A stretch of DNA of 63,085 nucleotides, the filler included, from Sanchytrium tribonematis (lineage: Eukaryota): assembly GCA_018985235.1 (NCBI GenBank). It is 14 parts of 14 records of this genome, joined end to end, with 100 filler letters (N's around TTAATTAATTAA, not from the genome) between each part and the next. Parts side by side here need not be neighbours in the genome. Positions count along the whole stretch, not along the records: positions 53,714 to 56,775 come from JADGIG010000915.1; positions 56,876 to 59,930 come from JADGIG010000916.1; positions 60,031 to 63,085 come from JADGIG010000917.1; 11 more parts are not named here. One strand, 5' to 3'. The position numbers were made by a program, and so were the translations under genes. The notes below the pieces were generated by a model, which was not told where the DNA came from, made no database searches, and saw only the letters and a list, made by a program, of their open reading frames with translations. Below, in pieces: positions 54,406 to 63,085 of this stretch. How positions within the stretch are numbered: position 1 is the first letter of the stretch; every line of letters starts with the position of its first letter.

Positions 54406-56338
54406 ATGTCAACAGATCACACCAAATTCATTTTAATCACAGGTGGCGTATTAAGTGGCATTGGTAAAGGTGTCATTGCTTCATCTACTGGATTCTTATT
54501 GAAAACATACGGATTGCGAGTCACAGCCATTAAAATTGACCCATATTTAAATATCGATGCTGGCACATTATCTCCATTAGATCACGGTGAAGTATTCGTA
54601 TTGGATGATGGTGGAGAAGTCGATTTAGATTTAGGGAATTATGAGAGATTTCTAGATGTGACATTAACAAGAGATAATAATATCACAACTGGTAAAGTAT
54701 ACAGAAAAGTGATTGAAAAAGAACGTAAAGGGGATTATTTGGGCAAGACTGTGCAGATTATCCCACATGTCACAGATGAAATACAAAATTGGATTTTAAA
54801 TATTGCCAGTAAATTGGTATCTGATCATATTCCAGATATTTGTATGATTGAATTGGGTGGGACTGTAGGTGACATTGAATCTGCACCTTTTATTGAAGCC
54901 ATGCGTCAATTTCAATTCAAAGTAGGTCCTACTCGATTTTGTTGCATTCACGTGTCTTTAATTCCTGTTGTAGGTGCTGTTGGGGAACAAAAGAGTAAGC
55001 CGACTCAAGCTAGTGTCAAATCATTGCGTGGATTGGGTTTATCTCCTGATATTTTAGCATGTCGATCTGCCAATCCATTAGATGAGACTGTGAAACAGAA
55101 ATTGGCGATGTTTTGCCATACGCCAGTAGAGAATGTTATTGGCGTACATGACTGTGCGAGTGTCTATCATGTGCCTATTTTATTAAAGAATCAAGGATTG
55201 TTGACTATTTTAGAGCGTAAATTGAATTTATTGCCATTGGTGGAACATCGTAGAAGTATTGAAGGGACTCAATTTGTAGACCATGAGAGTAGTTCATTAT
55301 GGATCAGATGGCATAAAATGGCCATGAGACAATCTCATTTACAGAATAGTGTTGAAATTGCATTGGTTGGCAAATATACGACTTTGCATGATTCATATGC
55401 AAGTGTGTTGAAATCATTGCAACATGCTGCATTGAGTTGCAATTTAAAGTGTAGTGTGAAGTGGATTGAATCAGATGATTTAGAATTACAAACAAAGATA
55501 GATTCTCCTAAAAAGTATCACGCTGCATGGCAATCCCTAGTAGATGCAAATGGAGTCTTAATCCCTGGTGGATTTGGTGTGCGTGGTACGGAAGGGATGG
55601 TAGAAGCAGCTAAATGGGCAAGAATCAATAAGAAACCATTTCTTGGGATTTGTTTGGGATTACAAATTGCAACAATCGAATATTCCAGAAATGTTTTAAA
55701 ATTAGAAAATGCAAATAGTGAAGAATTGAATGAGAATGCGCCTCATAAAGTAGTCGTATTCATGCCAGAAACATCAAAAACACAATTAGGTGGTACCATG
55801 AGATTGGGAAATCGTAAAACATTATTTCAAAATGCAAATTGGTCCATTATTCGTATTTCCAACTCATTTAGATGCATTATATGACCATAAACCAGAGATA
55901 TTTGAAAGGCATCGACATCGGTATGAAGTCAATCCTGAAATTGTAAATGATTTAGAAGCAAATGGCATGATTTTTGTAGGAAGAGACGAAACAGGCAAAA
56001 GAATGGAAATTATGGAATTAAAACATGATCCAGTAGATCAATGGGAAATGATAGACGGTAAAATGCAACCAAAAGAGGGTCACCCATATTATGTCGGATG
56101 TCAATTTCATCCAGAATATTTGACGCGTCCCCTTGTCCCATCTCCTCCATTTTTGGGATTGATTTTAGCGAGTGCTGGATTAACCCATCAATGGTTTGAA
56201 GCTAAAAAGAATCATATTGGTGAATATGGATCAGATTCTACTTCTGATTTAGAAGAATCTCCAATCATGTTAAACAAAGACCCCTATACGATTCATCCGA
56301 TTAGAGGCACCCAAATGGAAGTGAAGAAGGATTATTAA
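54406..56338 (+). CDS. URA7: CTP synthase, 637 aa; exons 54406-55852 and 55872-56338
   Basis: [56 protein letters not shown]...[16 protein letters not shown]. Confidence 0.97.
55853..55871 (+). other. 19-nt intron (phase 1) in CTP synthase
   Basis: GTATTTCCAACTCATTTAG. Removal restores the conserved WS..x.LY...ERHRHRYE spacing. Confidence 0.93.
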
Positions 56339-56461
56339 GCAAGAATAAATGTAGTCATCAATTTAATAAATGGGAATCATGGGATTTGCGCACTTCTCCA
56401 AGTTTTATTCTATCACAAATTGAGAAATTCAATCAAGATTATCCTTTAAACTTCGATAATT

Positions 56462-56658
56462 AAAATAAGATATATCCCGAGGGGAATGATGGATTTATCA
56501 ATTCATGGAAATCGGGTTACAGGAAATGTTCCAATTTACCAGATTCGATGCAAAAATTAGATTTGCCAAATAATAGACTAGATGGGTACATTCATAGATT
56601 CCCAAATGCGCTTACTAGACTTGACATTTATTACAATTTGGCAATCTTACAAATATAG
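56462..56658 (+). pseudogene. Frameshifted leucine-rich-repeat gene remnant
   Basis: IPRGMMDLSIHGNRVTGNVP in one frame and NLPDSMQKLDLPNNRLDGYIHRFPNALTRLDI in another (LxLxxNxLxG pattern). Confidence 0.55.
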
Positions 56659-56894
56659 AATTGTCAAATTCCATCAAAACATTGGATTGGTACTAGTCAA
56701 GACACCAGTCCATACGAAAAGAGAAAAGCATTTGCCTCAATACTCTTTGAATTCTCAATAAAATATTTGTTTTATNNNNNNNNNNNNNNNNNNNNNNNNN
56801 NNNNNNNNNNNNNNNNNNNTTAATTAATTAANNNNNNNNNNNNNNNNNNNNNNNNNNNNNNNNNNNNNNNNNNNNCGAAATAAATTAATATTAT

Positions 56895-59655
56895 TTATTG
56901 ATTTATAATTTCTAGCAGCAGACTGGAAATATTGGCAGTAAGGTCGCCATGAGTACATTTGACTGCAATTTTAAGTGACTAAATAAGTTAAAATTACTTT
57001 TTGATTCAAAATAAGTTTTAAAAGAATACCAATTCTTAAGTTGGCACAATTAACGATGGAAGCGCCTGTAAACACGTTTTGATTCAAGAGATCTGAATTG
57101 ATAGTTGAAAATTTGAGTGCTGTAACTTTTTGGATAAGTGATTTAATATCTCCAAAATAGTTGGTGTCCATGATGAAACTTTGGTTTGGCGCAACTAATT
57201 TTAGTGCTCTCTGGTTGTAGTCAACATCTGATAATTGTAGAGCAGTTTGAAATCTAAATAAATGAACTGGGAGTTTTGTTGAGATTTCCACCTCACCAAT
57301 GTTGTTTCGATATGAGATTGTCATTTGTGGAATTGCGTAAAAGACATTCAAGGCCTGAAAATCTAGAACATGTCGCATTTGGGATCCAGCAGGTAATAAA
57401 TTTGGAAATTGTTCTTTAACTTTAATTGTCAACCCTTCCACATTTGTAATGTCGATTACAAAGTTATTGTAATTTGAACTTGATTTGTTACCGATATATA
57501 AGGAAAGACCACCAAATGCATTCTCATATTGAGATTTAATTCCGAGCTGAAGTTCTTGATCTTCATATAACAATCCTTCTCCATTTACAAGCAAATTGGT
57601 GAGCAACTTATTGTCAACTACCTTGTTGACTTTTTGAGGGACAGATTTTGTTATTGAGCCATTTGAAAATCCAAAAAGATCATCGAGATTGCTTGAAGGC
57701 CTTTGTGTTCCAACAGAATTTGGCGCAGGTGTAGGTTCACCAAACAAATCCAGCAAATCATTTTTTGGCTCGGGTTTTTTGGCTTGAGGTAAGTCTCTAT
57801 TAATTGTTTGAACTGTAATTTCTGCAGGAGTTGACTTTGTTAAACTTCTGGCAAGATTGTCGGTAGTCAGATTAAACTCTGGCATTTCATCGCACACTAC
57901 TTGGAGCATATCCCTATTTTCTGGCTGAAGTAATTCATAGTATTCGCACGATCTTTGTTGAATTTCAACATCCAAATCCTGCATGTGATTTTTAAAAATA
58001 TTTTGAATGACTGAGGTAGTTTGAGGAAACAAATTAGCTACTTTCAAATAAGCAGTGAACATAATAACTTTAGTGGAGTTTGGAGATATCTCAAAATTTT
58101 TATGGATTAAATTCAATTGCTCGTTTGGAAAATAGCCAGGTTTGTCTGCCAACAAATGACCATATTCACCAATGATATAAGCACAAACTTTTAAGAGACT
58201 ATCAGAAACCTCGTCTCTTTGTAGACAATCGATGCAGTGTCTCACTGCAAATTCCTGTATATCAAGATTATTGACTGCAATATGGATAGCTTTAAACCAA
58301 ACATCATTGGCCACATCATCTCCTCCAATGTCTATTAAACTGAAAACAGTTGTAAAATACCAACTGATATCTTTAGCAAAATTTTCAGCCAAGATGGCTA
58401 TTTTTAGAATGAGTTCGCCTTTAAATTCTTCTTCTGTCACATTTAAATGATTTAGTAGCTCCAACACGATAACATCATAGTTTCCGCTATCACATATAGC
58501 AAATAATAAATCGACTGCTTCTTTCTTAACGGATGTATCTGTGTCTCTTAACAATTCAATTATAAGTTCCTTGTGCTTTTTTATTCGGTTCAAGCAGTGC
58601 TCAATCTTAGTTAATTTGGTTAAATTTTCAAGTGCTAAATATCTTGAATTAGTTTCATTAGATACTAAAAATCCATGAAGGACGTCAATTGCGCTGTCAA
58701 GCATTTCAGAATCTGGCATGATATCTGAAATCAAAGAAATTGCAGTTAGAAATATCGCGTTGGAGGTATTGTTTGATTGTTGGTTTTTCTGAATTACTTT
58801 ATGGCTTCTAATAATCTCGGTTAAGATTGATTGTAATTTTGACAAATTGAAATTTCGATTGCTTGGACATAGTTTTCGTAAAAGATCTAATAATTTAATT
58901 TGTAACCAAGGTGCAGGAATTTTGTAATATAAATAGTCAGCAGGACAGATTTTTTCGAGTACAATATCGGCTAACCGATCAATAAAGACATTTGCACTTT
59001 GTAAAAATTCATGTCGGAATTCGTTGCAAAGTTCGTCCACAAAACTGCTGATTGCCATCAATATTCCTATGTCAGAAACACGCAATAGTTCCTTAATCTG
59101 AGGAATCCATTCTCGAATAGGCACGCAGCTCGGATATTGCCTGTAGAGGCTCAATGCAGTCAGGGCAGCCTTTTTCTTTACAAAATCACTAGATCCTTTG
59201 TTATAAATCACCTTCCACACATCAACAATTGCTGCCTCTGTAAGCTCTAATCCACCGATATTTGCAATGCATTGTAAAGCCAAACTAGTGAAATGCATAT
59301 TTGAATCGTTCAGATCTTTTTTGAGCTGATTAATAATTAAACGAACTAATTCTGGAGAGTTTTGTAATAATAATGATGCTGCTAAATATCCCAATTGCTT
59401 TTCCGAAAACTTAGTGCTCCCACAAAGCCCAACAGCTTCTGCATGACCAAAATCGATGTCATATCCTAGTAGATATATAAATAAGATTTTAGATACATAT
59501 TTCTTTTTCTGATAAGAGTTCAAAGATCCACCTTTGAATTTCTGACGAATATTGGTCAGTTCCTTATTAACGCGCTTCTCCTCTTCGTCATGAGAATGGC
59601 AAGCTCTAATATCACCAATAAATTGTTGAAGTCCTCTCATTTCATTCGAAATCAT
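56895..59655 (-). CDS. AP2A: AP-2 adaptor alpha subunit, 913 aa; exons 59655-56998 and 56978-56895
   Basis: MRGLQQFIGDIR, EEEKRVNKEL.NIR.KF, FSEKQLGY, PAPWLQIKLL, DVEIQQRSCEY. The last exon completes the appendage domain (SLKIAVKCTHGDLTANISSLLLEII). Confidence 0.96.
56979..56997 (-). other. 19-nt intron (phase 0) in AP-2 alpha
   Basis: GTAATTTTAACTTATTTAG. The 27-aa terminal exon ends in CAA TAA ATAA, with AATAAA over the stop. Confidence 0.88.
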
Positions 59656-59694
59656 GTTTTATTTTTAAGCCACGACTGGTTCAAACAAAATTTA

Positions 59695-59930
59695 TTAGAC
59701 TGGATTAACATTTAAAGAGTTGCTGGATTTTTTTAAAGAATTCACATTTAAAGAATTATTGGATTTAGCTAGAGAATTAATAGAGCTTCCTTTTGGCGCA
59801 GCAATGGAATTCCAACTCCCAAATATCATCTCCAATGACGATTTTCGTTTTATTTGCCTTGGGGTAGAAGCACCATGATCCTCCATAATGTATATGCTTG
59901 GAATGCTATTGTTTTGGTTGTCTTTTCTAA
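59695..59930 (-). CDS. C-terminal fragment of a Ser/Asn-rich protein
   Basis: Open frame near the contig edge with an NSLNVN repeat. The stop is in TAATAAA. Confidence 0.4.
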
Positions 59931-60030
59931 NNNNNNNNNNNNNNNNNNNNNNNNNNNNNNNNNNNNNNNNNNNNTTAATTAATTAANNNNNNNNNNNNNN
60001 NNNNNNNNNNNNNNNNNNNNNNNNNNNNNN

Positions 60031-60519
60031 TATTGTGACCTGACTGTGAATCCTGAAAGCAAATCCGAACATATTTGTCACAAGGGCTACCTAACAATTT
60101 ACCCACTTATGTTGGGACTTATTCCCAAAAAATCCGATCATCTAAAACCTGTGTTAGAATTTATTAAAAGTGAACAAGTTTGGACCAAATATGGTATACG
60201 ATCTTTAGCGCTAACTGATGAGTTTAGTCATCAAGGCGAAAATTATTGGAGAGGTCCTATTTGGATTCAAATGAATTATCTGATTGCAGGAAGCTTGTTC
60301 AAGAATTACATAGACTCAAATGAAAAAGATTTAGCATTATCAATTTATAATGACCTTCGTTTGAATGTTGTCAATAATGTTTTTAAAGAATTTAAACGAA
60401 CAGGATTTTTTTGGGAGCAATATAATGATGATAATGGACAAGGGCAAAGAGCAAAACCTTTCACAGGATGGTCTGCTTTGGTCTCCTTGATGTTAATGGA
60501 GGTGTATGATGGTTTGTAA
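60031..60519 (+). CDS. CWH41: Mannosyl-oligosaccharide glucosidase I (GH63), C-terminal part
   Basis: CHKGYLTIYP, WTKYGIRSL, ENYWRGPIWIQMNYL, TGFFWEQY..G.GQR..PFTGW. Confidence 0.95.
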   Translation, partial: YCDLTVNPESKSEHICHKGYLTIYPLMLGLIPKKSDHLKPVLEFIKSEQVWTKYGIRSLALTDEFSHQGENYWRGPIWIQMNYLIAGSLFKNYIDSNEKDLALSIYNDLRLNVVNNVFKEFKRTGFFWEQYNDDNGQGQRAKPFTGWSALVSLMLMEVYDGL

Positions 60520-60558
60520 TAAACGAATTTGGTTTTTATCTTCTCTTATATTTGAAAC

Positions 60559-62533
60559 ATGGATCTCATATTGAAATTAAAAAAGGACTTCGATGAGAAC
60601 ATATCAATTTTTGAATTATATGGAGAATATAAAGGCCCTGATTTTCTTAAATTGTTTAACAGAATACTGAAGAAGTTGGTGCTAAAGGCCAAGGATATGA
60701 CCTCTAATGGCCTTTATGTAGAAACGCATTACGATTATTTAAAAGATGAATCAGACATAAATTCAAATTCCGCGCATATAGTGGATGTCTTGGGTGGTGT
60801 ACTGCAGATGCCAATTTCCCATGAGGAGGCAACTGAATTGCAGACTAATTTACTCATAACATCCGATAAAGAGAAGCTTAATGAAGCATTGAGATTTCTA
60901 TTATCAGACCCAGCCGAACATTCGAAAAAACTATATTTGGGAGCCTATTTAGTCCCTGTCGATGTACCACCAGAATTTAAGTCTTTGGGAGTGATTCAAC
61001 AATTGCAAACTCAACTAAATCAATTAACAGAAGATTTTGTCACTATTCACAGAGAATACTCGCAGAAACACAATGATTTAGAAGTTTTAAAGCAATTGGA
61101 AATCTTGACCACGCAAAAAGAAGATGATAAAAGGGTTTTACAACAGCAAATTAAGGTTTTAGAGACTAAGTATGATAAATCTTCAGAGTCAGATTCTTGG
61201 CTAGAACTTTGCAAAGCCTACCATCGAGAAAATCAATTATTTATAGAGGCAAAAGCGAAAATTCAGGAACTTCAAAATATTCAAATCCGGGAGTGCGATT
61301 TTAATAAAGAAAAAAAGGACTCTGAAAAATTTAATGCAGAGAAGCGATTAGCTTCTCCAATATCAGAAATTTTAAATGAAATGGAGAACGAATTGCACAA
61401 AGCCGAATATTTTTTACAATCTTCTCAAAAAGATTATGAATTTCAATCGAAAGTTCTTAGCACATTGCAGCAATCACTAGGTAAAAACATCACTAGATCA
61501 GATGTTATAGGCGTCGAAGATTCTATTTCAAGACTTAACGGTGATTTGAATGAGGCTACGCAGACGCTGTTATCGAATGGGTATATTTTGCTTACTTAGG
61601 TTTACTGATAAGAAAATTTCCGAGCAGCAGTATATTGGCCTTAGCAACAAAAAGCAGCAGCTTATCGAATTAATCAAGTCTGTAGAAAAAGATGAAATTG
61701 AGATTCAAGAGTCACTTGACCATTTCAAAGAATTAAGAACTCAATACAAATCTAGAAAACAAGAAATCAATAGTTTGGAAGCGGAAAAGGCTATGCTGTT
61801 AGAAAATATGTCCAAGTTGAAATTAAATTTTGGTGAGAAGCTGAGTGCTGTTACTCAAAAGGAACAAAAGGCAGGGATAGTCGGCTTTTCCAGGATGAAG
61901 GATGAGCTTATGAAGCTTTCCAATACAAAATCGAATTTAGACAGTGTTAAGATGAACACACTAGAAGAAGTATCAGTCTTAGTTAAAGAGATTAACACCA
62001 AAATTAATGAAAAAAAATCTATAATTGGCCCAAAGTCCAGCCAACTCAAAAAATTAAGAAACAAAATTGCAAAACAAGAAGAAATTATAAATGAAAAACA
62101 ATTTGCTTATGATGCAAAAATACTTAATATAAAAAAGGAAGTTGAAGAATTATCTAAGTCCAACACTCTTCTTCAAGAGAACATTATTCAAAAAGAAGAT
62201 CGGCGTGAAGAACTTGAGGATCTAGTTGAAGTTGCTAAGGAACATCTAAATTTGCTTCAAGAAGAGAAAAAAAAGTATTCCAGCAAAAGTGAAGAATCAC
62301 TTGGAACTATTAAAGAGAAATTAAAAAGAAAATTGTATGAGCTGGAGACAAAATATGGTGATCTTTCTGAGGAGGAAACTAATTTGAGAAGTGCAATTGA
62401 ACCCAACAAAAAAATGATTGCCTCTTTCGAGATTATAAACAAAATATTAGAACAGAAAAAGATGGACAATGATGATTCTTTGAATGCTTCATTAGAAGAC
62501 GCCAAGAATTTGGAAAATAGAATGATATTATGA
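60559..62533 (+). CDS. IFT81: Intraflagellar transport protein IFT81, 651 aa; exons 60559-61580 and 61600-62533
   Basis: KKLYLGAYLVPVDVPPEF, EQKAGIVGF...LSNTKSNLD..KMNTLEEVS.LV.EI..KINEKKS, C-terminal ENRMIL. Confidence 0.88.
61581..61599 (+). other. 19-nt intron (phase 2) in IFT81
   Basis: GTATATTTTGCTTACTTAG. Removal fuses the two IFT81 halves in frame (SN-G-FTDKK). Confidence 0.9.
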
Positions 62534-62624
62534 TTCGGAATAAAGGAAAGATTTTTTTATATTTGTTCTAGCAATTTCTCCCAGATTCAAAATATTTTCT
62601 TGATTTTCTGCTCCTAGTTTTGTA

Positions 62625-62906
62625 ATGGACCTTTGTGATGAGTTGCTACAACATATTACAGCTATTGACAGGCACTACAGTAAAATAATTAAGAATTATA
62701 AAGAAGCAAATAGAAAAGAATTGGATCATCTAACTTTGCACAATCCTGAATCCTCCATGAATTCTGCGGAATTTTTTCGAGAGAGGACAATTAATATTAT
62801 GGACCAAATGAATGATGACTTGGAACTTTGCTCCCAATACCTCAGGGCTCAAATAAAGCAAGCCACAGAAGATGAAAAATCCAAATTTGAATTTATTAAA
62901 AATTGA
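62625..62906 (+). CDS. Small helical hypothetical protein
   Basis: 93-aa ATG-initiated ORF with CTCCT upstream. Confidence 0.5.
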   Translation: MDLCDELLQHITAIDRHYSKIIKNYKEANRKELDHLTLHNPESSMNSAEFFRERTINIMDQMNDDLELCSQYLRAQIKQATEDEKSKFEFIKN

Positions 62907-63085
62907 AATATTTCAATGTCTAAAGTTCTTTAAATACTTGATTAACATAATTATCGATTCTTCGCTTAACTTCTTCTTTCTTTCGCTCAGTCTTTAATTG
63001 CTCCTGATTGATTTGCTCGCATTGAATGGACTGATTGATGACAATATTTTCCAATGCAGCTAAAATTATATCTTTAAATTTCAAG

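Noticed and set aside
55832..55884. Programmed ribosomal frameshifting or sequencing indels at the split genes
   Set aside because: Each junction has 19 extra nt bounded by GT-AG with a shared internal consensus, and homology requires removing them rather than slipping one base.
3141..60030. Regularly spaced TTAATTAATTAA palindromes flanked by N runs, as a biological repeat or array
   Set aside because: It is an identical 44N-12-44N six-frame-stop linker. The intervening lengths fall steadily (3140, 3125, 3117, 3112 ... 3055) apart from one 21.6-kb contig, so these are sorted, concatenated contigs. ORFs ending in X runs and any cross-linker synteny are artefacts.
580..62505. Numerous 60-130 aa antisense or alternate-frame ORFs in the track (e.g. 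580-876, 1972-2310, 17621-17860, 33730-34122, 45968-46267, 62257-62505)
   Set aside because: They are shadows lying inside well-supported genes, with no recognisable motifs.

Overview
This is not a contiguous locus. It is 14 assembly contigs (thirteen of about 3.1 kb and one of 21.6 kb at 9683-31259) joined by an artificial 100-nt linker (44 N + TTAATTAATTAA + 44 N), so adjacency across linkers means nothing. The DNA is AT-rich, very gene-dense and eukaryotic, and it uses the standard genetic code. It carries flagellar genes (axonemal dynein heavy chain, IFT81), genes familiar from animals but not yeasts (INTS4, NBAS, SCAI, TMEM94, RABL3, RA+SARAH RASSF-like) and fungal-looking housekeeping genes. 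The best inference is a flagellated early-diverging fungus or close holomycotan relative; the exact taxon cannot be read from the sequence. Main discovery: nine apparent breaks or truncations in conserved genes, on six contigs, are each repaired exactly by removing a GT-AG intron of precisely 19 nt. All nine have YTHAY at positions 11-15 (putative branch A fixed at 14), no G at +5 and no polypyrimidine tract. This points to a fixed-length, ultra-small spliceosomal intron system. It co-occurs with AATAAA overlapping or abutting stop codons, 1-40 bp intergenic spaces and a recurrent CTCCTTGAA element just before start codons. Other notable items are a membrane-anchored copine fusion, a TMEM94 homolog with canonical DKTGT, an MLH1 with an internal frameshifting deletion, a catalytically dead subtilase, a decayed LINE reverse transcriptase and an orphan-rich contig with a GIY-YIG/zinc-knuckle gene. 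All protein identities come from motif recognition, not database searches.
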